Part shown: positions 31,150-40,912 of the stretch, in pieces
Layout: each line of letters begins with the position of its first letter
Position numbering within the stretch: the first letter of the stretch is position 1
DNA from: a virus
DNA: 64,000 bases
Strand: one strand, 5' to 3'
Virus record (IMG/VR): IMGVR_UViG_3300027608_000013
The notes under the pieces: generated by a model
Databases searched by the model: none
The model's input: only the letters and a program-made list of their open reading frames with translations
Told to the model about the DNA's origin: nothing
Position numbers and translations under genes: made by a program

Positions 31150-31425
31150 ATGAAAAAAAATATTTTAGCTGAAAATATGCGCCGGTTTGGCACTAAAAAT
31201 ATAAATGAAGTAGAAACTTCTACGCTTACAGGGGATGATTTAAAAACATATGATTATATAATCAAAGCAATTGCAGATAAACTTGTAATTACTACTGATG
31301 AAATTGATGATTTTACTGATCAGGTAGATAAACAATATTATTTACGAGAATTTAAAAAAATCATAACATCTATAAATGAACTAACAAATGATATCCAACA
31401 AGAAATGGGAAATCAAGCTGGATAG
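31150..31425 (+). CDS. Hypothetical protein, putative internal head protein
   Basis: N-term KKNILAENMRRFGTKNINE. Confidence 0.55.
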   Translation: MKKNILAENMRRFGTKNINEVETSTLTGDDLKTYDYIIKAIADKLVITTDEIDDFTDQVDKQYYLREFKKIITSINELTNDIQQEMGNQAG

Positions 31426-31523
31426 TATTTAAAAAATTAACCAATTAACTTTGATTTACCCCATTAATTATCTATATTATAATTAATATTTTATTTTATT
31501 AACCAATTAACAAAAGGCAAAAA

Positions 31524-32300
31524 ATGGCTTTAAATTTAGACGCTATCAAGGCGAAGCTCAATCAGTTAAACAAATCTGATGACAAAAAACAAAATTTGTG
31601 GAAACCTGAAGCAGGTAAAACGCGAGTAAGAATTGTACCGTATGTACATCGCAAAGACAATCCATTCTTAGAATTATATTTTCATTATGACATCGGAAAA
31701 AGATCTATGTTATCACCAATCACATTTGGTAATGCAGATCCAATTGTAGAATTTGCAGACAAACTTAAAAAGACTGGCGATAAAGATGAATGGTTGATGG
31801 GTCGTAAGATTGAACCAAAAATGAGAACTTATGTTCCTGTTATTGTTCGTGGAAAAGAATCGGAAGGGGTTAAATTCTGGGGATTTGGTAAGACAATTTA
31901 CACAGAACTTCTTTCTATTATTTCAGATGCAGATTATGGTGACATTACGGATTTGATGAATGGTCGTGATATTGATGTAGAATTTACTCCAGCAGAAGGC
32001 GGAGCATATCCTAAAACAGCTATTCGTGTTAAACCTAATACACAACCAGCAACAGATGACAAATCGATTGCTGAGAAAATTATGAATCAGCCTCAAATCA
32101 CTGATTTATTTCCTGAGCCAACATATGAAGAATTAGAAAAAGCATTAGCAGAATGGATGAATCCAGAAAATGCAGATTCAGATGTTGCAGAATCAGATGA
32201 AGAAGAAACAACTACTGCTGCTCCCGCTAAGGCATCAACTAAGCCTGCAGCAACAAAAGTAGACGATGTTTCAACGGCATTCAATGATCTATTTAATTAA
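31524..32300 (+). CDS. Single-stranded DNA-binding protein (gp32-like)
   Basis: LWKP..GK..VRIVP, PF.E..FHY, GDITD..NGRDI; acidic tail ending AFNDLFN. Confidence 0.85.
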   Translation: MALNLDAIKAKLNQLNKSDDKKQNLWKPEAGKTRVRIVPYVHRKDNPFLELYFHYDIGKRSMLSPITFGNADPIVEFADKLKKTGDKDEWLMGRKIEPKMRTYVPVIVRGKESEGVKFWGFGKTIYTELLSIISDADYGDITDLMNGRDIDVEFTPAEGGAYPKTAIRVKPNTQPATDDKSIAEKIMNQPQITDLFPEPTYEELEKALAEWMNPENADSDVAESDEEETTTAAPAKASTKPAATKVDDVSTAFNDLFN

Positions 32301-32308
32301 GGAGTTAC

Positions 32309-33472
32309 ATGGCTAAAAGCAAAAGTAAGTCAGAACTGGAAGATGCACTAGCAAACACCCTGGCAGACAGTATTAACAAACAATTTAAAGGTCAAGCACT
32401 TAAAACTGCATTCTTTTTAGATGGTGATGATGATTCGCCAAGCAATGTTAAAGAATGGGTTTCATCCGGGTGTGACTCACTTGATTTAGCAATATCAAAC
32501 CGCCCTAATGGAGGATTTCCTGTCGGCCGGATTACTGAAATTACTGGTTTAGAAGCATCTGGGAAATCATTATTAGCATCACATACTTTAGCAGAAACAC
32601 AGAAAAAAGGTGGCTTAGCAGTTTATATTGATACCGAATCAGCAACAAGTAGTGAATTTTTACAAGCAATTGGCGTTGATTTAAAAACCATGTTGTATGT
32701 ACCGTTAGAAACAATTGAAGAAATATTTGAAACTATTGAAACAATTGTTGAAGGGGTTAGAAAATCAAATAAAGATCGACTAGTTACAATCGTAGTAGAT
32801 TCAATAATGGGGGCATCAACTAAAATTGAAATGGCTGCTGAATATGATAAAGATGGATATGCAACAAGTAAATCTATCATTTTATCAAAAGCAATGCGTA
32901 AAGTTACCAATTGGATTGCTAGAGAAAATATTTGTTTGATATTTACCAATCAGCTTCGTACAAAACTAGGTGTGTCATTTGGTGACCAATGGACAACATC
33001 TGGTGGTAAAGCAATTCCATTCCATGCATCTGTCAGATTGCGTATTAAAAACACCGGAATGATTAAAGCAAAAATTAATGGTATTGAACAAGTGGTAGGA
33101 AGTAAAACTGAAGTTCAAGTTGTTAAGAATCGTATGGGACCGCCACATCGCAAAGTAAACTATGAAATCTACTATGACAGTGGTATTGACAATTACGGTG
33201 GTTGGTTAGAAACTATGAAGAAATTTGATCTAGTTAAACAATCCGGAGCACATTACACATTGGAAGATGTTGATACAGAAACTGGCGAAGTATTTAGCGA
33301 AATTAAATTTCAATCAAAGAACTTTATTGATAAAGTAATTTCCAAACCAGAAATCAAAGCAAGGTTATATCAAAGAATTTGCGATGCTTATATATTCAAA
33401 TATCAAGCCGGAATCGATGGCGGAATTGATGATGTAATTATCACCGATGAAGTTTACGACGAAGAAGGGTAG
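32309..33472 (+). CDS. recA: RecA/UvsX recombinase
   Basis: GRITEITGLEASGKS, YIDTE, VVDS, FTNQLR, TSGGKAIPFHASVR, VVKNR. Confidence 0.93.
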   Translation: MAKSKSKSELEDALANTLADSINKQFKGQALKTAFFLDGDDDSPSNVKEWVSSGCDSLDLAISNRPNGGFPVGRITEITGLEASGKSLLASHTLAETQKKGGLAVYIDTESATSSEFLQAIGVDLKTMLYVPLETIEEIFETIETIVEGVRKSNKDRLVTIVVDSIMGASTKIEMAAEYDKDGYATSKSIILSKAMRKVTNWIARENICLIFTNQLRTKLGVSFGDQWTTSGGKAIPFHASVRLRIKNTGMIKAKINGIEQVVGSKTEVQVVKNRMGPPHRKVNYEIYYDSGIDNYGGWLETMKKFDLVKQSGAHYTLEDVDTETGEVFSEIKFQSKNFIDKVISKPEIKARLYQRICDAYIFKYQAGIDGGIDDVIITDEVYDEEG

Positions 33473-33491
33473 CATTCCAAATTAACAAGTT

Positions 33492-34091
33492 ATGAATTAC
33501 CAAAGAATACATGATGCCATTATTGATAGAGCTCGCACAAGAATGTTGCTAGGCTACTGCGAACGGCATCATGTTATTCCTAGGTGTTTAGGTGGAAATG
33601 ATGCAATTGGAAATATAGTCAAATTAACAGCTCGAGAACATTTTATAGTTCATAAACTGTTGTGTGAAATTTATCCTAATGAAACTAAATTAGTTTATGC
33701 ATATTGGATGATGTCTAGAAATGTTTCAAATTCTAAATATAAACGAGAGTATCGGGTATCAAATAGAGATTATGAACGATCGAAACAGTTATTCAGTGAA
33801 GTATCTAGTTTTAGACAAAAAGGTAAAACATTATCTGATGCACACAAACAAAAACTTCAAATCGCAGCAAAAACAAGAAAAACTAGAATTCCAATAAAAC
33901 ATTCAGAAAAAACAAAAGAAAAATTAAGTGCCATATGGAAAGGAACAACTAGATCAATTGAAGATAGACAGAAAATATCTGCAGGTCAACGTGGCAAAAA
34001 ACATAAAATAATAAAATGCCCATATTGTAACATTGAAGGTGGAAATCGAACGATGAAACGATGGCATTTTGATAAATGTAAAAATAAATAA
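33492..34091 (+). mobile_element. Free-standing HNH homing endonuclease (Mob-like) with NUMOD3-type repeats
   Basis: ERHHVIPRCLGG.D...NIVKLTAREHFIVHKLL; KHSEKTKEKLS repeats; C-terminal CPYC...RWHFDKC. Confidence 0.88.
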
Positions 34092-34094
34092 ATT

Positions 34095-35147
34095 ATGAAT
34101 AAATATCAAGAATTGTTTAACAAATTAAAAGAAGACCGTGCCGTCAACACCGATGTGAATGATCATATCATGGTGTTTGACGGCCTTTAGCTTAACACAT
34201 TCATACGTAGCTTTGGCGCTTCCCCATCATATAATGAAGATGGCGACCATGTAGGCGGCATAACTGGATTTTTATATTCAGTTGGAAAAACGATTAGAGA
34301 TTTTAAACCTAGTCGTTGCGTTATTGTTTTTGATGGTAGAGGAGGCTCTGCAAAAAGAAAACGCATTTACAGTGATTATAAAGGCAATAGGGCCAATAAA
34401 ACAAAGCTTCGGCGTCACGACCACCATGAATCTACTATAGAAGAAGAACAAGAATCAATGCGTCATCAATTTTCTCGATTGATTTCATATCTAGATAATT
34501 TGCCTATTACGTTTATTTCAATGGATGGTATTGAAGCAGATGATACAATTGCATACATAACTAATATGTATCAAGATATCAGTAAAAAGATGACTGTGGT
34601 ATCTACGGATAGAGATTTTTATCAATTGATTTGTCCTACATTGCAAGTATGGTCTCCAATCAAAAAGAAAATGTATGATGAAGCTGCATTAATTGAAGAA
34701 TTTGGAGTTCATCCTGCAAATTATGTAGTATATCGTACTTTTACGGGCGATGCTTCTGATAATATTCCAGGTGTTGACGGATTTGGACCAAAGACTATCT
34801 TAAAGACATTTCCAGAACTTGTTAGCAGCAAAGAATTTACGTTGCAAGATTTACAAAATAAATGTAAATTGTTAACTGAATCAAAAAATCATCAAAAAGT
34901 TCTTGCTAACTATGACACTATTGATAAAAATTATCGATTAATGAACATAAAACTTTTAGATATTCCAGCTCAAACCTCAACTAAAATACGAGGAATATTA
35001 AATGAACCAATTCCGTCACTTAATCGAGCAGAATTCCAACGCTTATTTTATGAAGATAAGATGTGGTCTATAATGAAGAATTTGCCAGATTGGCTAAACA
35101 ATACTTGGCTTTCTTTGAATGCATTTGCAAAACAAACACAACATTAA
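34095..35147 (+). CDS. 5'-3' exonuclease / flap endonuclease (T4 RNase H, Pol I N-terminal family) interrupted by in-frame TAG at 34188-34190
   Basis: Reading from ATG 34095: ...HIMVFDGL*LNTFIRSF...VIVFDGRGGSAKRKRIYSDYKGNR...EADDTIAY...STDRDF...GDASDNIPGV.GFGPKT. The ORF track shows only the 3' part (34458). Confidence 0.85.
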
Positions 35148-35149
35148 TT

Positions 35150-35177
35150 TTGGATATGTTAATAATTTTTATATTAT
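35150..35177 (+). promoter_or_regulatory. Sigma70-like promoter with -10 six nt upstream of ATG
   Basis: TTGGAT 35150-35155, N16, TATTAT 35172-35177, ATG 35184. Confidence 0.5.
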
Positions 35178-35183
35178 AGTTAT

Positions 35184-36539
35184 ATGACAGACAAATTATC
35201 CGAGTATGGCTATGGCTTTCAAGTAAAAGTTATAGCTGCAATGTTTACGGATAGAGCATTTTTACAACAAATTGCAGATATCATTCAACCAGAATATTTT
35301 GACTCAGACTCAAATATTTGGTTATTAGAAATTATAATAGCCCACTTCCGCGAATATAAAACGCCACCTTCTAAAGATGTACTTAAAGTAAAAGTAACAG
35401 AAATTAGTGATGACGTTTTAAAAACTGCAATATTAGAGCAATTAAAAGAAGTATTCAGATTTATGGAATCTGATGATCTTTCCTTTGTTAAAGATGAAAT
35501 ACTTAAGTTTTGCAAAAATCAAGAAATTAAACAAGCAATTATGGATTCGGTAGGATTACTTAAAATGGGTAATTACGATGAAATAAAAACTAAGATTGAT
35601 AGTGCAATGAAAGCCGGTGCTGATACCAATATTGGATTAGATTATAAAGCAAATATTTCAGCTCGATATGCAGAATCGTCTAGACATACAATTACTACCG
35701 GGTGGGATGTTGTTGATGATTTAATGGATGGCGGATTAGCTCGAGGAGAATTAGGTGTTGTAATGGCACCTGCAGGTATTGGCAAATCTTGGATGCTTAT
35801 CAATATTGGAGCAAATGCAATGAGGGCTGGACATACCGTTATACATTATACATTGGAGCTCAATGAAAATTATGTAGGCCAACGCTATGATTCCGTATTA
35901 ACAGGTATTAACGCCCAAACATTGAAACATCATCAGGATACGGTTCAAGAAAAAATGAATTCATTGCGAGGTGATTTGATTGTAAAATATTTTCCAACCA
36001 AGTCAGTTGGTATAATGGGATTAAAGGCCCATCTAGAAAAAACAATCATGTTAGGTAAAAATCCAACATTAGTAATTGTAGATTACGGTGACTTGTTGAA
36101 GATCAATACTAAAAAGGACAAGCACGAAGCCTTAGAAGAACTATACGAGGAGTTACGTGGTATGGCAGGGGAATATGATATCCCGGTATGGACTGCATCA
36201 CAAGCAGGTAGATCTGCATTAGAAGAGGATGTTATTGAAGCTGATAAAATTGCATCATCATATGGAAAAGTAATGGTTGCCGATTTTTTAATGTCACTTT
36301 CTAGAAAGGTTGAAGATAAGATGTCAGGTACGGGTAGAGGCCATGTTATTAAAAATAGATTCGGCCCCGATGGTATTACATTACCTAGTAAAATTAATAC
36401 AAACAATGGTCAATTTCAATTCTTTGAGCCACAGACAACTCAAGGTAAACAAACTACTCAGGTAATGAAAACCGGTGAAAATTTAATTAAGAAAAATTTA
36501 GCTCAAAAGTTTAAAGATCTGGGTGGAACATTAGGATAA
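35184..36539 (+). CDS. Replicative DnaB-like helicase (gp41)
   Basis: APAGIGKS, HYTLEL, IVDYGDLL, WTASQ, KNRFGPDG. Confidence 0.92.
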   Translation: MTDKLSEYGYGFQVKVIAAMFTDRAFLQQIADIIQPEYFDSDSNIWLLEIIIAHFREYKTPPSKDVLKVKVTEISDDVLKTAILEQLKEVFRFMESDDLSFVKDEILKFCKNQEIKQAIMDSVGLLKMGNYDEIKTKIDSAMKAGADTNIGLDYKANISARYAESSRHTITTGWDVVDDLMDGGLARGELGVVMAPAGIGKSWMLINIGANAMRAGHTVIHYTLELNENYVGQRYDSVLTGINAQTLKHHQDTVQEKMNSLRGDLIVKYFPTKSVGIMGLKAHLEKTIMLGKNPTLVIVDYGDLLKINTKKDKHEALEELYEELRGMAGEYDIPVWTASQAGRSALEEDVIEADKIASSYGKVMVADFLMSLSRKVEDKMSGTGRGHVIKNRFGPDGITLPSKINTNNGQFQFFEPQTTQGKQTTQVMKTGENLIKKNLAQKFKDLGGTLG

Positions 36540-36559
36540 AAACATATTTATATAAAATT

Positions 36560-36588
36560 AGGCACGGATTCACATCCGGCCTTTTTTT
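36560..36588 (+). terminator. Rho-independent terminator-like hairpin
   Basis: aggc(a)cggat-tcac-atccggcct plus T run. Confidence 0.7.
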
Positions 36589-36634
36589 GTCTAAAAACAT
36601 ATTAAGTTAACATTAAACAAAAAGATTACAAACA

Positions 36635-37303
36635 ATGGGAAGGCCTAAAAAAAATTTACCGGAAGGAGTTACTACTAAAATAATTAAAAATATAGAATGT
36701 TTAATCCGACAATGTCCATCATGTGACAAAGAAATTATATATTCAAGCCAATCATCGCGATGGAACGTACGATTAGCAATACAAGAAAATAGATTATGTT
36801 CTAGTTGTAGAATTCTACCCGATCCATGGAATAAAGGATTACCTCTTTCTGAACAACATAAATCAAATATTAGTAATTCTAATATCGGAAAAAGTAGACA
36901 TAGCGATGAATACAAACAATGGTTGAAAACAAATAGTATGTTTTGTAAAACAGGTAAAGATAGCGTAAGTTTAAACGCATATTTGAAAAAGAATAATATA
37001 ACATATGATGAATATCTAGAAAGATTGCCTAAATTTAAAAAATATCATCGAGATGTAATGAATATTACCAAAAAACAAGATATATCAAATTTGTCAAATT
37101 TAAACTTACGAGGACTTGCTGGAGTAACTGGTGCATATCATTTAGACCATATAATTTCTATAAAAGAAGGGTTTGATAAAAACATTTCTGCAGATATTAT
37201 TGGACATATAACAAATTTACAGTTTATTACATGGGAAGCCAATATTAAAAAATCAATTGAATATAAAAATAAAATAAAGGTAAATGAAAATGGAAACATC
37301 TAA
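36635..37303 (+). mobile_element. Free-standing HNH homing endonuclease
   Basis: CPSC...CSSC zinc motif, PWNKG and SEQHKSNIS NUMOD-like repeats, C-terminal YHLDHIISI..GF...NLQFI.W..N..K. Confidence 0.75.
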
Positions 37304-39146
37304 TGAAATACTAAGTTCGATAACCGTATACATGAAATATGCCAAATATCTTCCGGAACTCAATCGTCGAGAAACGTGGGAAGAATTAGTTACAAGAAAC
37401 AAACAAATGCATCAAAAAACTTATCCACAATTAACGGATGAAATTGAAACTGCATACAAGTTTGTATATGCAAAAAAAGTATTGCCATCAATGCGTAGTT
37501 TGCAATTTGGTGGAAAACCAATTGAAATTTCTCCTAATCGAATTTATAACTGTGCATATTTACCAATTGATGATCACCGAGCATTTGGTGAAGCAATGTT
37601 TCTTTTATTAGGTGGCACAGGAGTTGGGTATTCAGTTCAAAAACATCATGTAGAATTATTACCAGAAATACACAAACCAAACCCAAAACGTAATCGTCGC
37701 TACCTAATTGCTGATTCAATCGAAGGATGGGCTGATGCTGTAAAAGTACTAGTTAAATCATATTTTGTAGGCGGATCAAACTTTGTATTTGATTTTTCTG
37801 ACATTCGGCAAAAAGGAGCAAGATTAGTAACATCAGGAGGAAAAGCTCCAGGACCACAACCACTTAAAGAATGTTTGATCAAACTTCAAGGAATTTTAGA
37901 TGCAAAAGAAGATGGAGATAAATTATCACCAATCGAAGTGCATGATATGGTTTGTCACGTTGCAGATGCGGTGTTAGCAGGTGGTATTCGTAGAGCAGCA
38001 CTTATATCTTTATTTTCAGCAGATGACGAAGATATGATTGCGTGTAAGTCAGGTAACTGGTGGGAAACTAATCCACAACGAGGCCGTGCTAACAATTCAG
38101 CAACATTAATGCGTCATAAACTTACCAAAGAATTCTTTATGGATTTATGGAAACGTGTTGAATTGTCAGGTGCGGGAGAACCAGGAATTTATCTAACAAA
38201 TGATAAAGATTGGGGAACTAATCCATGTTGCGAAATTGCACTACGTCCATTTCAATTCTGTAACCTATGTGAAGTTAATGCATCAGATATTGAATCACAA
38301 GAAGATTTAGAAGAACGAGTTAAGGCAGCTGCATTTATCGGAACACTTCAAGCTGGATATACTAGTTTTCATTATCTTCGTCCTGTTTGGCAACGCACAA
38401 CTGAGAAAGATGCATTGATTGGAGTATCAATGACAGGAATTGGTTCTGGTACTGTATTGGGTTATGATATGAAAGCGGCAGCAAAAGCAGTTAAAATAGA
38501 AAATGAAAGGGTTGCAAACATAATTGGAATTAATCGTTCAGCTCGTACAACCACAGTTAAACCAGCAGGAACAACATCATTGACATTAGGTACATCATCA
38601 GGTATTCACGCTTGGCACAATGATTATTATATAAGAAGAATCCGAGTAGGAAAAAATGAAGCAATTTATTCATACCTAGCAACCAATCATCCAGAATTAA
38701 TTGAAGATGAATATTTTCGTCCACACGATACCGCAGTAATTTCTATTCCACAAAAAGCACCAGAAGGCGCAATTATGAGAACAGAATCGCCTTTCCAATT
38801 ATTAGACCGTATTAAGAAAGTGCATTTGGAATGGGTTAAACCAGGACACCGTTCAGGAAACAATACACACAATGTATCAGCAACGGTATCATTGCAGGAT
38901 GATGAATGGGATTTAGCAGGTGAATGGATGTGGACAAACCGAGATCATTATAATGGATTATCAGTTTTACCATATAATGGCGGAACCTATATTCAAGCTC
39001 CGTTTGAGGATTGTACCGTTGAAACATATGAAACAATGATGCAATCACTTCATAATATAGATTTAAGCAACGTAATTGAATTAGATGATAATACCGACCT
39101 GTCAGGAGAATTAGCTTGTGCTGGATCGTCATGTGAGATTAAATAA
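37284..39146 (+). CDS. nrdJ: Class II (B12-dependent) ribonucleotide reductase
   Basis: LPSMRSLQFGG, YNCA, GGIRRAALI, TNPCCEI, TTVKPAGT, C-terminal CAGSSC; no beta subunit adjacent. Confidence 0.85.
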   Translation: MKMETSNEILSSITVYMKYAKYLPELNRRETWEELVTRNKQMHQKTYPQLTDEIETAYKFVYAKKVLPSMRSLQFGGKPIEISPNRIYNCAYLPIDDHRAFGEAMFLLLGGTGVGYSVQKHHVELLPEIHKPNPKRNRRYLIADSIEGWADAVKVLVKSYFVGGSNFVFDFSDIRQKGARLVTSGGKAPGPQPLKECLIKLQGILDAKEDGDKLSPIEVHDMVCHVADAVLAGGIRRAALISLFSADDEDMIACKSGNWWETNPQRGRANNSATLMRHKLTKEFFMDLWKRVELSGAGEPGIYLTNDKDWGTNPCCEIALRPFQFCNLCEVNASDIESQEDLEERVKAAAFIGTLQAGYTSFHYLRPVWQRTTEKDALIGVSMTGIGSGTVLGYDMKAAAKAVKIENERVANIIGINRSARTTTVKPAGTTSLTLGTSSGIHAWHNDYYIRRIRVGKNEAIYSYLATNHPELIEDEYFRPHDTAVISIPQKAPEGAIMRTESPFQLLDRIKKVHLEWVKPGHRSGNNTHNVSATVSLQDDEWDLAGEWMWTNRDHYNGLSVLPYNGGTYIQAPFEDCTVETYETMMQSLHNIDLSNVIELDDNTDLSGELACAGSSCEIK

Positions 39147-39358
39147 TGATACAACCAGCATCAAAAGATTGGATACAACAAGCCTTTGTTAGGGAGTTTG
39201 GAAACAAGCTCCTTCCATCGGACTTTTACTATGAAAATGGATATCGAGTTTTTACAGAATCATTTCACGTAAACCGAGGTACATGTTGTGGCAACGGGTG
39301 TCGACATTGTCCCTATGAGCCTATACATAAAAAAGGCACAAAAACTTTGAAAAAATAA
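39146..39358 (+). CDS. Small Cys-rich protein (DUF5522-like)
   Basis: RGTCCGNGCRHCPY. Confidence 0.7.
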   Translation: MIQPASKDWIQQAFVREFGNKLLPSDFYYENGYRVFTESFHVNRGTCCGNGCRHCPYEPIHKKGTKTLKK

Positions 39359-39392
39359 TATTTTTCATTATATTATAAATAAGAAATAAGTT

Positions 39393-40091
39393 ATGACAGA
39401 TAAGAAAACGAAAAATCTAGAACTAGTTGAATCTGGATTTGCTAATGGTATATCAATACAGTTAGCAATTAAACAATCAATGCTCGGCTCAGATGCTGAA
39501 TTAACTAAAGAAGAAAAACAAACAATTATTGATAATGCTGCTTATCATTATGGAGAATTCCTTAGAGCATTAGGAGTTGCGTGGGAATTAGATCCTAATA
39601 GTGCAGATACACCTAGACGCGTAGCAAAAGCATATGTAAATGATTTATGGGCTGGTAGATATAATCCAATGTCAGGAATCACAGCATTTCCTAGTGATGG
39701 ATATGATGGCATTGTATTTGAAGGAGGTATTCCATTAACTTCAATGTGTTCACATCATCATCAAACCATTTCCGGACTTGTTCACGTTGCATATATACCA
39801 GGCGACAATAGCAATGTTATTGGTTTAAGTAAATTAAATCGTGTTGTAGAGCATTTTGGTAGACGAGGTGCTATTCAAGAACAATTAACAGTAGCAATTC
39901 ATCACGCAATAGATGAGCTTATTGAAAACAATAAAGGTGTAGCAGTTATGATTGAAGCAACTCATAATTGTGTGCAATGCAGAGGTGTTAAGCACGGCGG
40001 TGCTTCAATGAAGACTGCAAAATTAGCCGGAGCATTCCTAGAAGACGGTAATGCAAGAGCAGAATTTTATCAATTTGTAAAAGGTTATTAA
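39393..40091 (+). CDS. folE: GTP cyclohydrolase I
   Basis: DTPRRVAK, SMCSHH, GLSKLNR, IQEQLT, HNCVQCRGV. Confidence 0.93.
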   Translation: MTDKKTKNLELVESGFANGISIQLAIKQSMLGSDAELTKEEKQTIIDNAAYHYGEFLRALGVAWELDPNSADTPRRVAKAYVNDLWAGRYNPMSGITAFPSDGYDGIVFEGGIPLTSMCSHHHQTISGLVHVAYIPGDNSNVIGLSKLNRVVEHFGRRGAIQEQLTVAIHHAIDELIENNKGVAVMIEATHNCVQCRGVKHGGASMKTAKLAGAFLEDGNARAEFYQFVKGY

Positions 40092-40092
40092 A

Positions 40093-40557
40093 ATGGCAAA
40101 ATTTAACTCAACAAAATTATTTGACGGATATTCAACATGTTTCCGACAATGGCGAGCAGAAGATACACATTGCAAATTCTTACATGGATATGCAGTATCA
40201 TTCCGAGTATGGTTTGAAGGTGAATTAGATCATCGTAATTGGGTATGGGACTTTGGCGGTATGAAACGATCTAAAACAGAGATTAATCATATGTCACCTA
40301 AAGAATTCTTCAATTGGCTACTCGATCACACCACTATTATAGCTCAAGACGATCCGTATCTAGAAACTTTCAGACAAATGAACAAAGATGGTATTATACA
40401 ACTTAGAGTGTTACCAGCTACAGGATGTGAAAGATTTGCAGAATTCTTATACGACACAATCAACACTTTCTTAGCAAAAGAAACTGAAGGTAGAGTAAAA
40501 GCAACAAAAGTAGAAGTATATGAACACGAAAGAAACTCAGCAAGTTATGGAGAATGA
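40093..40557 (+). CDS. queD: 6-carboxytetrahydropterin synthase
   Basis: HCKFLHGY, WVWDFG, LDH, GCERFAE, VEVYE. Confidence 0.88.
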   Translation: MAKFNSTKLFDGYSTCFRQWRAEDTHCKFLHGYAVSFRVWFEGELDHRNWVWDFGGMKRSKTEINHMSPKEFFNWLLDHTTIIAQDDPYLETFRQMNKDGIIQLRVLPATGCERFAEFLYDTINTFLAKETEGRVKATKVEVYEHERNSASYGE

Positions 40558-40912
40558 TGAAACCTATGTATCGCTGTTTGAGTATTTAGGTAAAAGCTCT
40601 GGTGGTACAAATATTGGTAGAGAAGTAACAGCAGAAGCTGTTAAACGAGGCATTGATATTAAATGGAGAACACTTCCTAAAGAAGTTCAAAAGCCAGAAT
40701 ATACGCAAGTACAACTATATCCGATATCATTCTTGGATTCATATTTTAGCAATAATTCTAACCCGGAACTAGATCGAACACCATTAGTAAGGCGTTCTGA
40801 ATTAATTAAATTGCAACAACAATTTGAAGCACTCGAATCAATGTTTCAAGACGTAATTAAAAAATTAGATGTACCAATTAAATTAGATGATGACTATGAC
40901 CTCCCATTCTAA
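40547..40912 (+). CDS. Hypothetical protein
   Basis: YVSLFEYLGK...G.EV..., ends DDDYDLPF; ATG at 40547 after aagtt. Confidence 0.55.
   Translation: MENDETYVSLFEYLGKSSGGTNIGREVTAEAVKRGIDIKWRTLPKEVQKPEYTQVQLYPISFLDSYFSNNSNPELDRTPLVRRSELIKLQQQFEALESMFQDVIKKLDVPIKLDDDYDLPF

Noticed and set aside
34188-34190. Genome-wide TAG reassignment (alternative genetic code)
   Set aside because: Only one in-frame TAG among about 70 genes; TAG ends sheath (19212), 31425, recA (33472) and 53609 at plausible C-termini; no suppressor tRNA seen in the window.
34092-34457. Apparent non-coding gap or group I intron after the HNH gene
   Set aside because: It translates in frame as the conserved N-terminal part of the exonuclease, leaving no room for an intron; recA upstream is complete.
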